In this document: positions 52,686 through 63,357 of the stretch, in pieces
Layout of the letters: the number at the start of each line of letters is the position of its first letter
How positions within the stretch are numbered: the stretch's first letter is position 1
The notes under the pieces: model-generated
The model's database searches: none
The model's input: only the letters and a program-made list of their open reading frames with translations
Told to the model about the DNA's origin: nothing
NCBI GenBank assembly: GCA_046351595.1
Contig: JAXLYE010000002.1
Location: forward strand, 1,496,022 to 1,560,021
DNA: 64,000 bases
Reading direction: 5' to 3'
Source: Polyangia bacterium
Lineage (GTDB): Bacteria; Myxococcota_A; Polyangia; Palsa-1104; JAEUJZ01
Translations under genes and position numbers: made by a program

Positions 52686-53906
52686 ATGCACCGTCGCTTC
52701 AACATCACCGGCCCCTGCGTCCCGGGGCGCGACTACATGGTCGACCTGTCGGCGCGGCTCGTGCGGCCGGTGCAGGCGATCCGGCGCGGCGAGTCGCTCT
52801 TGCTCACGCGCGCCCGGCAGAGCGGCAAGACCACGCTCTTGCGCGAGCTCGCGGCGGCGCTGCGCCGCGAGGGCCTGGCCGTGGTCCTGTGCGCCATGCA
52901 GGTCGCCGAGGATCAGACGCTGACCGGGCTGTGCCGCCACATCGAGGCGACGCTGTCCCGCACCTATCCGCTGCCGAGCCTGCCCAAGTGGACGCCGATC
53001 GAGCCGCAGTCGACCTCGTTCTGCTACTGGCTGGGCGAGGCGCAGCAGAAGCTCGGCAAGCCGCTCGTCCTCATCCTCGACGAGTACGACGCGCCGCCGC
53101 GCAAGCTGGTGGTGAGCCTCCTGCGCAGCTTCCGCGCCGCGCTGTCGCTGGCCGACGAGCAGCGGCCCTTTGTGCACTCGCTGACCCTGTGCGGCAAGAC
53201 GCACGTGCGCGACCTGCGCGACGAGCTGCGCCCGGCGCTCGGCCAGCCGAGCGACGAGCTGCGCGGCACCGGCTCGCTGTGGAACGTCGCGGTGCCGCTG
53301 CCGCTGCCGTCGCTGTCGCGCTCCGAGATCGACACCCTGCTAGATTCTTATACGGCGGACAGCGGCGTGGTCTGGAAGCGCGAGGCGCGCGACGAGCTGT
53401 GGCGCAAGACCCGCGGTCAGCCCTGGCTGGTGAGCCGCATCTGCTACCAGCTCGACGAGCAGCTCGGCATGCCGCGCCGCCCCGAGATCCAGCCCGGCGA
53501 CGACGCCGCGGCCGACGCTGCCCCCGCTGGCGCCAGGCCGACCCGGGCCGCCGCCGCCGGCCCGACCGAGCCGAGCCCGACCGCGCCGAGCCCGACCGCG
53601 CCGGTGCAGCACACCGCGCCGCCGTCCGCCGCCGCCGTGCGCGCCGCCGCCGACCAGATCCTCGAGGAGGACTGCGCCCACCTGCTGAGCATCGGTGACC
53701 TTGTGGCCGGCCGGCGCGAGGCGCAGGAGATCGTCCAGCGCCTGCTCAGCGGCGAGGAGGTGCCGCTCGTGCGCGCCAACGAGGCGCAGTCCTACCTGCT
53801 CGACACCGGCCTGCTCGTGCCGTCGGAGTCGGGCCGCTTCGTCGAGCTCCACAACCCGATCTACGAGCGCTACCTCACCCGCTGGCTGCAGGAGCAGGCG
53901 GCCTGA
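52686..53906 (+). CDS. P-loop NTPase, AAA-like domain protein (stand-alone)
   Basis: Start MHRRFNITGPCVPGRDYMV. Walker A RARQSGKTTLL, Walker B LVLILDEYD. Ala/Pro-rich linker, then a C-terminal helical domain. Confidence 0.55.
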   Translation: MHRRFNITGPCVPGRDYMVDLSARLVRPVQAIRRGESLLLTRARQSGKTTLLRELAAALRREGLAVVLCAMQVAEDQTLTGLCRHIEATLSRTYPLPSLPKWTPIEPQSTSFCYWLGEAQQKLGKPLVLILDEYDAPPRKLVVSLLRSFRAALSLADEQRPFVHSLTLCGKTHVRDLRDELRPALGQPSDELRGTGSLWNVAVPLPLPSLSRSEIDTLLDSYTADSGVVWKREARDELWRKTRGQPWLVSRICYQLDEQLGMPRRPEIQPGDDAAADAAPAGARPTRAAAAGPTEPSPTAPSPTAPVQHTAPPSAAAVRAAADQILEEDCAHLLSIGDLVAGRREAQEIVQRLLSGEEVPLVRANEAQSYLLDTGLLVPSESGRFVELHNPIYERYLTRWLQEQAA

Positions 53907-54039
53907 GGCGTCCTGGCTCCGGGTCGGCTCCGGGTCGCGGCGGCCCGGCGCGCTCAGCGACGCGTCCGCCTGGCGCGGATTCGGCGCCCGCGTGAAAAAA
54001 AAGCTTGCTGAGCGCGCGCCCTCTGTCGACGATGCCGTA

Positions 54040-55383
<1,344 letters not shown>

Positions 55384-55500
55384 GCGGCGGCGCCCCGGAC
55401 CCCGGACCTCACTCAAGGGTGCGGGGCCCGGACAGCGACCGGCCAGACCTCCTTTGCCGCGCGCGCCGCGGCCCCAGCCAAGAGAGCCTCCATAGCCACC

Positions 55501-56430
55501 ATGAGCCACCCGATCCACCCGGCGTCCCCGACGCCCCACCCGACGTCCCTCGCCAGCGCGACCGCCTCGACCTTCACCGCCGTCGACGAGACGGCCGCGC
55601 GCATCCGCGCCTTCCTGCCGCCCGGGGCGCGACCGCGCGTCGCGCTCGTCCTCGGCTCGGGCCTGGGCGCCTATGCCGAGCAGCTCGAGGGCGCGACCTG
55701 TGCGGAGTACGGCGCGCTCGGCCTGCCGCGCTCGGGCGTGCACGGCCACGCCGGCCGCCTGTTCTACGGGCGCAGCCGGGCTCCCCAAGGCGACGGCGCC
55801 GGCCGCGGCGTCGAGATCCTGGCCATGCAGGGCCGCGTCCACGCCTACGAGGGCCACGACCTTTCGACCGTGGTCCTGCCGGTGCGCGCGCTCATCCGCG
55901 CCGGCTGCGAGATCGTGCTCCTGACCAACGCCGCCGGCGGCCTGGGCGAGGGGCTGGTACCGGGCGACCTGGTGCTCATCCGCGATCACCTGAACCTGCT
56001 CGGCAGCTCGCCGCTGCGCGGCGAGAACGACGAGCGCTTCGGGCCGCGCTTCCCGGACATGACGCAGGTCTATGACCCCGCGCTGCGCGCGATCGCCGAG
56101 CGCACCGCCGCGCGCCTGGGGATGCGGCTGCCGAGCGGCGTCTACGCAGCGGGTCTGGGCCCGCAGTACGAGACCCCGGCCGAGGTCCGCATGCTCAAGG
56201 GGCTGGGCGCCGATCTCGTCGGCATGTCGACGGTGCCCGAGGCCATCGCCGCCCGCCACATGGGCGCGCGCGTGCTCGGCATCAGCTGTGTCACAAACCT
56301 CGCCGCCGGCATCTCGCCGGTGCCGCTGTCGCACGACGAGGTGACCGAGACCGCGGCGCGAGTTCGCGCCGACTTCATCCGCCTGCTCGACGGCATCCTC
56401 GGCGAGCTCGGGGCGACGCTGGGCGCCTGA
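55501..56430 (+). CDS. Purine nucleoside phosphorylase (PNP/MTAP family)
   Basis: VALVLGSGLG, GHAGRLFYG, LTNAAGGL, MSTVPEAIAARHMGARVLGISCVTNLAAG. Confidence 0.9.
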   Translation: MSHPIHPASPTPHPTSLASATASTFTAVDETAARIRAFLPPGARPRVALVLGSGLGAYAEQLEGATCAEYGALGLPRSGVHGHAGRLFYGRSRAPQGDGAGRGVEILAMQGRVHAYEGHDLSTVVLPVRALIRAGCEIVLLTNAAGGLGEGLVPGDLVLIRDHLNLLGSSPLRGENDERFGPRFPDMTQVYDPALRAIAERTAARLGMRLPSGVYAAGLGPQYETPAEVRMLKGLGADLVGMSTVPEAIAARHMGARVLGISCVTNLAAGISPVPLSHDEVTETAARVRADFIRLLDGILGELGATLGA

Positions 56431-56474
56431 CCGGCCCGACCCCGCAGCACGGACCGAGCCCCACAGGGTGAGCC

Positions 56475-57137
56475 ATGGCCAAGCAGCCTCCCCAAAGCCA
56501 ACAGACCCCGCAACAGACCCCGCAGCCGGCGTCGCAGCGCACGCCCCCGCGTTCGAGCGCCGCCGTCGAGCCGCGCAGCGACGGCCCGCGTCCCTCGGCC
56601 GCGACCCCGAGCCCGCGGTCCGAGCCGGCCGGCGAAGGCGCGGCGCAGCGCGACCTCATCGACCTCACCACCAGCCAGCCGCTGCCGCCGGAGCTGCGCG
56701 AGCTGGCGCAGCGCGCGCGGGAGGCGCGGGCGCAGGCCTACGCGCCCTACTCGCGCTTCCAGGTCGGCGCCGCCGTGCGCGACGGCGAGGGCCGCATCTT
56801 CACCGGCGCGAACGTCGAGAACGCGTCGTACGGGCTGGCGGTGTGCGCCGAGCGGACCGCGGTGCTCGCCGCGGTGCTCGCCGGCGCGCGCGAGGTCACG
56901 CAGGTCGCGGTGTGCACCAGCCTGTGGCCCCCGGCCGCGCCGTGCGGCATGTGCCGGCAGACGCTGGCCGAGTTCGCGCACGACGCCGAGGTGGTGCTGG
57001 TCAGCCCGAGCGGCCCGGCGCAGCGCACGCGCCTGTCGGTGCTCCTGCCGCAGGCGTTCCGGCCGCGCGACCTCGAGGCCTTCGCCGCCCAGAGCGAGGG
57101 CAAGCCGCCGTCCTGGACCGGCACGAGGCGGACATGA
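56475..57137 (+). CDS. cdd: Cytidine deaminase with ~70-aa Gln/Pro/Ser-rich N-terminal extension
   Basis: CAERTAVLAAV...PCGMCRQ is the CDA zinc motif (C/H-A-E...PCxxC). Confidence 0.85.
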   Translation: MAKQPPQSQQTPQQTPQPASQRTPPRSSAAVEPRSDGPRPSAATPSPRSEPAGEGAAQRDLIDLTTSQPLPPELRELAQRAREARAQAYAPYSRFQVGAAVRDGEGRIFTGANVENASYGLAVCAERTAVLAAVLAGAREVTQVAVCTSLWPPAAPCGMCRQTLAEFAHDAEVVLVSPSGPAQRTRLSVLLPQAFRPRDLEAFAAQSEGKPPSWTGTRRT

Positions 57138-58510
57138 TCGAGCAGGGCTGGGCCCGCGCGGGCCGCTCGACCCTTGTCCGCGGCGGCGTGCTGGTCCCGA
57201 TCGAGCCGGGCGCGGGGTCGGGGCCCGGTGACGTGCTGATCACCGACGGCCGCATCGCCGCGCTCGGGGCCATCGAGCCGTCGGCGATCCCGCCGCAGAC
57301 CGAGATCCTCGAGGCGCGCGGCGGCGCGGTGCTGCCCGGGCTGGTGCAGGCGCACGTGCACCTGTGCCAGACGCTGTGCCGCGGCCAGGCCGACGACCTG
57401 CCGCTGCTCGCCTGGCTGCAGCAGCGGCTGTTCCCGTACGAGGCCGCGCTCGACGAGGACGACCTGATGCTGGCGGCGCAGATCGGGTGCGCCGAGCTGC
57501 TCTTGTCCGGGACCACCACGATCCTCGACATGGGCACCGTGCGCCACCAGGACGCGCTCTGCGCCGCGGTCGCGCAGACCGGCCTGCGGGCGACGCTGGG
57601 CAAGGCGATGATGGACCACCCGGACGTGCCGGGCGGGCTGCGCGAGACGACCGCGGCGTCGCTCGGCGAGTCCGACGCGGTGTGCCGCCGCTGGCACGGG
57701 CACAACGAGGGCCGGCTGCGCTACGCCTACGCGCCGCGCTTCGTCCTGTCGTGCACCGACGCGCTCCTCTGCGGGGTCGCCGAGCGTGTGCGCGACGTGC
57801 CGCCCGACGGCCCGCGCATCCACACCCACGCCGCCGAGCAGCTCGAGGAGATCGCGCTGGTGCGCGCGCGCTACGACCTCGACAACATCGCGGCGCTCAA
57901 GGCGCTCGGCGTCGCCGGTCCGCAGGCGGTGCTCGCGCACTGCGTGCACGTCGAGGGGGCCGAGCTCGGTGCCCTCGCCGCGAGCGGCGCGCACGTCGCC
58001 CACTGCCCGAGCAGCAACCTCAAGCTCGGCTCCGGCCTGGCGCCGGTGGTCGAGCTGCTCGCCGCCGGCGTCAACGTCGCGCTCGGGGCCGACGGCGCGC
58101 CCTGCAACAACCGGCTCGACGGCTTCACCGAGCTGCGGCTGGCGGCGCTCCTGCAGAAGGCGCGGCGCGGGCCGGCGGCGCTGCCGGCCAGGGAGGCGCT
58201 GCGCCTGGCCACGCTCGGCGGCGCGCGGGCGCTCGGGCTCGACACCGAGATCGGCAGCCTCGCGGTCGGCAAGCGCGCGGACCTCATCGTCGTCGATCGC
58301 TCGCGCCCGCACCACCTGCCGCTGTCGCCGCCCGAGTCGGCGCTGACCTACGGCGCCCACGCCACCGACGTGCGCGCGGTCTTCGTCGAGGGCGAGCTCC
58401 TGGTCCGGGACGGCGAGCTCTTGCCGCGCACCGGCCTTGATGTCGAGCGGCTGCGGGCGCTGGCCGACGAGCGCGCGCCGCGCCTTCTGCGCCGCGCCGG
58501 ACTGGCCTGA
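57134..58510 (+). CDS. Amidohydrolase-superfamily deaminase (MtaD/SsnA/guanine-deaminase-like)
   Basis: Start overlaps the cdd stop as ATGA. VQAHVHLCQTL is the HxH metal site, with HTHAAE, HCVH and ...GADGAPCNN (Asp). Confidence 0.8.
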   Translation: MIEQGWARAGRSTLVRGGVLVPIEPGAGSGPGDVLITDGRIAALGAIEPSAIPPQTEILEARGGAVLPGLVQAHVHLCQTLCRGQADDLPLLAWLQQRLFPYEAALDEDDLMLAAQIGCAELLLSGTTTILDMGTVRHQDALCAAVAQTGLRATLGKAMMDHPDVPGGLRETTAASLGESDAVCRRWHGHNEGRLRYAYAPRFVLSCTDALLCGVAERVRDVPPDGPRIHTHAAEQLEEIALVRARYDLDNIAALKALGVAGPQAVLAHCVHVEGAELGALAASGAHVAHCPSSNLKLGSGLAPVVELLAAGVNVALGADGAPCNNRLDGFTELRLAALLQKARRGPAALPAREALRLATLGGARALGLDTEIGSLAVGKRADLIVVDRSRPHHLPLSPPESALTYGAHATDVRAVFVEGELLVRDGELLPRTGLDVERLRALADERAPRLLRRAGLA

Positions 58511-58597
58511 TCGGACCGGAGCGGATCGGACCGCGAGCGAAACCACATGCACCCGCGCGGGGCAGGCTCCTGCGCGCTGAATGGGAGGGCACAAGAC

Positions 58598-59413
58598 ATG
58601 CAAGATGTACCTGCCGAGGTGCTGCGGCTGGCCGAGGACCTCAACTCGTACATGCCGCAGCGCAAGGGCGATCGCCGCCTGGAGAGCACGCGCTACGTCA
58701 TCTCGATGACGGAGCAGCCGGGCCCGCACGCCACGGTCGTGCAGCGCCTGCGCCTTGCGCCCGACGAGGTCGAGGACGTGGTCGCCGAGGTGCGCGCCTT
58801 CCTGCGCCGCGAGGGCCGCGCCGAGGCGACCTGGGAGATCGGCAACTCCGCCACACCGGGCGACCTGTACCAGCGCCTGCAGCGGCTGGGCATGGTGCCC
58901 TTCGAGCAGGCGCCGCACACGACGGGCATGGTCTTCACCGCCTCGGCCGACGTGCCGCCGGAGTGGAGCCGCGAGCTGCCCGGCGTCACGGTGACGCTCG
59001 TCGAGCGCGACGACCGCGCCGGGTTCCGCCGCGCGCAGCAGGTGTTCTGGGCCTGCTTCGGCTTCCAGCCCGAGACCGACGCCGACACGATCCTCGACAA
59101 GGACGCGGTCTGCTACGCCTGCTCGCCGCAGTGGCTGCGCTTCGTCGCGTGGCAGGACGGGGAGCCGCTGGCCGTCGGGGACGCGGCGCTGACGCCGGCG
59201 GGCGTGGTGCTGTGCGGCGGCGCCACGCTGCCCGCGCACCGCGGTCGCGGCCTGTACCGCGTTCTGCTCGCGGCCCGCCTGCGCGAGGCGCTCCGGCGCG
59301 GGACGCCGCGGCTGATCACGCAGGCCGGCAGGATGTCGCAGCCGATCCTGGCGCGCCTGGGCTTCCGCGCCGTCGCGTCGAACGACATCCTGTACGACCG
59401 GCAGGCGCTGTAG
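58598..59413 (+). CDS. GNAT-family N-acetyltransferase
   Basis: Start MQDVPAEVL after GGGAGGG. C-terminal AHRGRGLYRVLLAARLREA is acetyl-CoA-binding motif A. Confidence 0.7.
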   Translation: MQDVPAEVLRLAEDLNSYMPQRKGDRRLESTRYVISMTEQPGPHATVVQRLRLAPDEVEDVVAEVRAFLRREGRAEATWEIGNSATPGDLYQRLQRLGMVPFEQAPHTTGMVFTASADVPPEWSRELPGVTVTLVERDDRAGFRRAQQVFWACFGFQPETDADTILDKDAVCYACSPQWLRFVAWQDGEPLAVGDAALTPAGVVLCGGATLPAHRGRGLYRVLLAARLREALRRGTPRLITQAGRMSQPILARLGFRAVASNDILYDRQAL

Positions 59414-59455
59414 CCGCGGGCGCCGCCGCTCCCGACAGCGCCCCGGGCCCGTCCG

Positions 59456-59971
59456 TCACTGCACCGCCAGCGGGATCGGCTCGACGGGCAGCGGGTTGTG
59501 GTCGATGAGCAGCCCGCTCTGGCACACGAGCGTGACCGTGTCGCCGCGCGACAGGCCCTGCAGGTCGAAGCGCAGGTTGATCTCGCGCACGCCGCCGGGC
59601 TGCACCGCGAAGGTGCCGGCGCCGCCGCCGGGCAGTCGCGGCCGCAGGCCCTGCGCCGTCGACAGGAAGAAGGCGTCGCGCTGGATCTGCATCTGGCCGC
59701 CGGTGTGGTTGTAGACCTCGAAGGTCAGCGTGCCGCCGCGGGCGTCCTTGAGGAGGATGCGCGCGGAGCCGGCGATCACGAGCTCGGCGCGCTGCGGCAC
59801 GAGCTGCGAGCCGGCGACACAGCCCGAGGCCGCGAGCACCGGCCCCGCGACAAGGAGCGCCGCGAAGAGCGCGCGCCGGGCGAGCGGGCGCACCGAGGCA
59901 GGGCAGGGGCCGGGCGAGAGGGAGCACTGCGGGGGCCGCGACATCGACATGGCGTCTCCACGAGGTTGCAA
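59456..59971 (-). CDS. Lipoprotein / secreted hypothetical protein
   Basis: Signal peptide with LAASGC lipobox, then a beta-rich ~110-aa domain. Confidence 0.5.
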   Translation of the reverse strand: MQPRGDAMSMSRPPQCSLSPGPCPASVRPLARRALFAALLVAGPVLAASGCVAGSQLVPQRAELVIAGSARILLKDARGGTLTFEVYNHTGGQMQIQRDAFFLSTAQGLRPRLPGGGAGTFAVQPGGVREINLRFDLQGLSRGDTVTLVCQSGLLIDHNPLPVEPIPLAVQ

Positions 59972-59987
59972 GAGGGTCGGGCGACCG

Positions 59988-61955
59988 CTACACCGGCCGG
60001 GTCGCTCCCGACGAAGAAGGCGAGGGCGGCGGGGGCGGCGCGGGCGCTGCGGGCTCTGCGGGCGGTGCAGGCGGTAGCGGCGCCGCGGCGACGGCGACCG
60101 CCGACGCGTCCGCCGCGACCGGCGCCGGCTCGACCCGCGTCAGCCGCGCGATCGAGATCGGCAGCGGCAGCCCCTTGACCGCCAGCGAGAAGCGCGGGCC
60201 CAGGCGCACGCTCGCCCCGAGCTCGGCGGCGGCGCGCTCGCCCAGGTCGCCCGGCAGCACCACGTCGCCGGGGTGGGCCTCGCGCAGGAGCCGCGCCGCC
60301 ACAAGCAGCGGCACGCCGTAGTAGTCGAGGCGGCCGTTCTGGGTCAGGAGCGCGCACGGCCCGCTGTACAGGCCGACGCGCAGCGACAGCGGCTGCAGCT
60401 CGGGGCGCTCCTCGCGCAGCTCGGCGACGGCGAGCTGGGCCGCGGCCCCGGCGCGCGCGGCGGCCAGCGGGTCCCGGAACACGGCGCAGGCCCCGTCGCG
60501 GTCCGCGCGGATCAGCGCGCCGCCCTCGCGCTCGATGCAGGCGCGCAGCTTGTGGCGGTGGCTCTCGACCCGCGCGTACGTCGGCCCGTCCCCGAGCTGC
60601 GCGCAGATCTCGGTGGTGCCGGCGAGCTCGCTCAGCCACAGCGTCAGCGGCGGCACCGCCATCGCGACGCCGGGCGCGAGCAGCTGGTCCGGAAGGTGCT
60701 CGCGGAACAGCGGGTGCGCGGTGACCTCGTGCGCCAGCACCGCGTCGGTCCTGCGCTCGGTGCGCTCGATGGTGAGGTGGCGGGCGGGCGAGAGGTTGTG
60801 GCTGATCTCGAGCGTGCCGCCCACCGCCACCTCGACGCTCGCCGGCCAGATCCCGGGCCGGCCGTCGTCGCCCGCCGCAGCCGCCCCCGCGTCCCCGGCG
60901 CCGACGGTGAGCTCGGCCTTCTGCGGGCCCAGCGTGCTGACCCGCAGCTGGCCGCGCAGGCCGCCGCGCACGACCACCGCGTAGTCCCCGGGCTCGGTCG
61001 GCGCCGGCAGCGAGATGCGCGACTCGGGCTTTAGCACGAGCTGGGTCAGCACGTGCGGAAGCTGGCTCGGCCCCGGCCCGCTGTAGGCGCCCGCGGGCAC
61101 CGGCCGCAGCGCCGCCGAGGGGCGGAAGGTGACCTCGACGTTCGTCGCGAGGTCCACCGCGAACCCGATGTCGCACAGCTCGCAGCGCGTGGCCACCGGC
61201 AGCTCGCGCAGCTGCCAAAGGCGCGCCGTCGGCAGGCGGCAGCTCGGGCAGGTGACGTCCCAGCAGAGCGAGAGGAGCCCGTGCCCGGCCGCGAGAAGGA
61301 GCAGCCGCAGCGTCGCCTCGGGAGCCAGCTCGAGCGCGGTCGCGACCTGGGTCGGCGCCAGCGCCTCGACCTCCAGCGCGTCGAGGCCGCGCAGGTAGCT
61401 GGTCAGGCGCGCCACGTGCTCACGCTCGGTGGCGTCGAGCCGCGCCGCGACCTCGGCCTGCGCGCGCGAGAGCGCCGGCTCGCTGAGCAGCGGCGGTTTG
61501 AGCAGGCGGTTTGTGCCGCGCAAAAGCTCCGCGTCGGCCTGCGCGACCGTCCGCGACAGGTGCCACAGCACGACCTGCGCATAGATGTGCAGCACCGGCG
61601 CGAGCGCCGGCACCCGCGGCGTCATCGACAGCTCGATCGCCAGCCTGGTGCCCGACAGGAGCGGCGTCAGCGCGAAGCGCAGCTGCGTGCCCTCGATCGG
61701 CCCCTGCTTCATCGCCCGCCGCAGGCACAGCTGGGTCGGCACCGTCCACTCGGGCGGCAGCTCGGTGAAGGCCGGCCCGCGGCGCGCGAGCGGCCGCAGC
61801 TCCAGGCGCGCCCCGTCCGCGCTGGCCACCGGCGCCGGCGCGAGCGCGGGCTGCCCCAGCGCGCGGTACAGCCGCGCCGTGTCACCGAGCAGCGCAAAGA
61901 GCGCCCGGGGCGGCGCAGCACACTGGAGCTCCCGTCTGAGGACGATGGCGGGCAA
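59988..61955 (-). CDS. Class III adenylate/guanylate cyclase with N-terminal uncharacterised domain and CxxC...CxxC zinc-ribbon-like module (start uncertain; TTG at 61955 proposed)
   Basis: C-terminal cyclase homology domain (..YARVESHRHKLRACIEREGGALIRADRDGACAVF..., RVGLYSGPCALLTQNGRLDYYGVPLLVAARL). Upstream CWDVTCPSCRLP...RCELCD. The ORF 5' extension beyond ~61955 is antisense to the RRM gene leader. Confidence 0.65.
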   Translation of the reverse strand: MPAIVLRRELQCAAPPRALFALLGDTARLYRALGQPALAPAPVASADGARLELRPLARRGPAFTELPPEWTVPTQLCLRRAMKQGPIEGTQLRFALTPLLSGTRLAIELSMTPRVPALAPVLHIYAQVVLWHLSRTVAQADAELLRGTNRLLKPPLLSEPALSRAQAEVAARLDATEREHVARLTSYLRGLDALEVEALAPTQVATALELAPEATLRLLLLAAGHGLLSLCWDVTCPSCRLPTARLWQLRELPVATRCELCDIGFAVDLATNVEVTFRPSAALRPVPAGAYSGPGPSQLPHVLTQLVLKPESRISLPAPTEPGDYAVVVRGGLRGQLRVSTLGPQKAELTVGAGDAGAAAAGDDGRPGIWPASVEVAVGGTLEISHNLSPARHLTIERTERRTDAVLAHEVTAHPLFREHLPDQLLAPGVAMAVPPLTLWLSELAGTTEICAQLGDGPTYARVESHRHKLRACIEREGGALIRADRDGACAVFRDPLAAARAGAAAQLAVAELREERPELQPLSLRVGLYSGPCALLTQNGRLDYYGVPLLVAARLLREAHPGDVVLPGDLGERAAAELGASVRLGPRFSLAVKGLPLPISIARLTRVEPAPVAADASAVAVAAAPLPPAPPAEPAAPAPPPPPSPSSSGATRPV

Positions 61956-62025
61956 GGGATCCTCGTACGTTATCAGGCTAAGAGAACTGCCCCGTGTCCG
62001 TAAAGGGCGTGCATCCGGCGGGCGG

Positions 62026-62277
62026 TGGGGGCGGCCCCAGCTGACCGGGGGATCGGACCGGGGGACCGGACCCGGGGACCGGGGCGCAGCGCCGGGGTGG
62101 CGACAAAACTGAAGTCGGTGCGGCCCGATCATGATAAAACCGACGCAGGTCCCGTTCGCCTCATCTCGGTTCTCTGCGTCGCTGCTTTCGTGTCGGCCGC
62201 GTTCGAGTCTCAGTGAGAGCAGCCCACGGCGGCCTCTGAGGACGGCAGCGCCGTCCACGCGACGCAAGGAGACGAAG
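62026..62277 (+). promoter_or_regulatory. Long (~250 nt) 5' leader/promoter region of the RRM RNA-binding protein gene, containing GGACCGGGG x4 repeats and a GACGGCagcGCCGTC hairpin
   Basis: gaccgggggatcggaccgggggaccggacccggggaccgggg, then the hairpin just before the AAGGAG RBS at 62265. Confidence 0.35.
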
Positions 62278-62649
62278 ATGAGCAAGCGACTGTATGTTGG
62301 AAACCTCTCGTACAACACGACGGAGGAGGATCTGCGCGAGCACTTCCTCCAGTCGGGCTCTGTCGACGAGGTGAAGATCATGATGGACCGCGACACCGGT
62401 CGCCCCCGCGGCTTCGCGTTCGTCGAGATGAGCTCGGACCAGGAGGCGCGTGACGCGATCTCCCAGCTGAACGGCCGCGAGCTCGACGGTCGCTCGCTCA
62501 AGATCAACGAGGCGCAGGAGCGCAGCGGTGGCGGCGGCGGCGGCGGTGGCGGCGGCGGCTTCCGCTCGGGTGGCGGCGGCGGCGGCGGCGGCTTCCGCTC
62601 GGGTGGCGGCGGCGGCGGCGGTGGTGGCGGCGGCCGCGGCCGCTGGTAG
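62278..62649 (+). CDS. Glycine-rich RNA-binding protein (single RRM)
   Basis: RNP-2 LYVGNLS, RNP-1 RGFAFVEM, then a (G)n-FRSGG Gly-rich tail. AAGGAG RBS. Confidence 0.85.
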   Translation: MSKRLYVGNLSYNTTEEDLREHFLQSGSVDEVKIMMDRDTGRPRGFAFVEMSSDQEARDAISQLNGRELDGRSLKINEAQERSGGGGGGGGGGGFRSGGGGGGGGFRSGGGGGGGGGGGRGRW

Positions 62650-62749
62650 GCTCCTGCTCAGCCGGACGACAGCAGCTAGCGTCGGCGTTCACGGCGACGG
62701 TCGGCGACGGCGTCCGGCCGCTTGAGCCGATCCGGGCTACCGCAGCGGC

Positions 62750-62790
62750 ACGACCAAGCTCCGGGCCGCGGGCCGGGGGCCCGGACCTCT
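62750..62790 (+). terminator. Possible GC-rich hairpin terminator after the first RRM gene
   Basis: CCGGGCC-gcgggccggg-GGCCCGG stem-loop followed by acctctctccttc. Confidence 0.3.
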
Positions 62791-62862
62791 CTCCTTCAAA
62801 CCCTTCGCACGGCGCTCTCGCCCGCCAGCTGGCGGGACGAGCTGCGCAGATGGTGGACACAC

Positions 62863-63333
62863 ATGAGCTTTGGAGGACCTTCGGGCGGCAAGCGCCAGCG
62901 TGAGGCGAACCGCGACCGCAAGAAGAAGGACAAGGAAGATCGCCTGCGCCGCAACCGCGCCATGCGCGGCCAGGGCAGCGGCGGGGACAACTTTGAGCTG
63001 GGCGAGGTCGAGCGCCTGCCCGAGGTCAAGCTCGAGGACATCATCGTCTCGGGCGTGGCGCCGCGCGGGCCCAAGGGCTCGACCGGACCGACCAAACTCT
63101 TTGTCGGCGGGCTGAGCTGGGACACCGACGGCGCGCAGCTGCGCGAGGCGTTCAGCCGCTTCGGGCCGCTCGTCGAGGCCACCGTGGTCGCCGATCGCGA
63201 CACCGGTCGCTCGCGCGGCTTCGGCTTTGTCACCTTCGAGAAGCCGCAGGACGCAGCGACCGCGGCCCGACAGATGGACGGCTCCGAGCTCGACGGGCGC
63301 ACGCTGCGCGTCAACCCGGCCGACCGCGGCTGA
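62863..63333 (+). CDS. RNA-binding protein (C-terminal RRM) with basic Lys/Arg/Asp-rich N-terminal region
   Basis: RNP-2 KLFVGGLSWDT, RNP-1 RGFGFVTF. N-terminal RQREANRDRKKKDKEDRLRRNR. Confidence 0.8.
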   Translation: MSFGGPSGGKRQREANRDRKKKDKEDRLRRNRAMRGQGSGGDNFELGEVERLPEVKLEDIIVSGVAPRGPKGSTGPTKLFVGGLSWDTDGAQLREAFSRFGPLVEATVVADRDTGRSRGFGFVTFEKPQDAATAARQMDGSELDGRTLRVNPADRG

Positions 63334-63357
63334 CGCCCTGCAGACTCCGGGGCGGGT

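Noticed and set aside
59988-62507. Full 839-aa extent of the adenylate cyclase ORF.
   Set aside because: The first ~180 residues are antisense to the RRM gene and its leader, and contain atypical Ser/Ile-rich sequence. The true start is likely internal, proposed as a TTG at ~61955 after a GAGGA RBS, but this is unverified.
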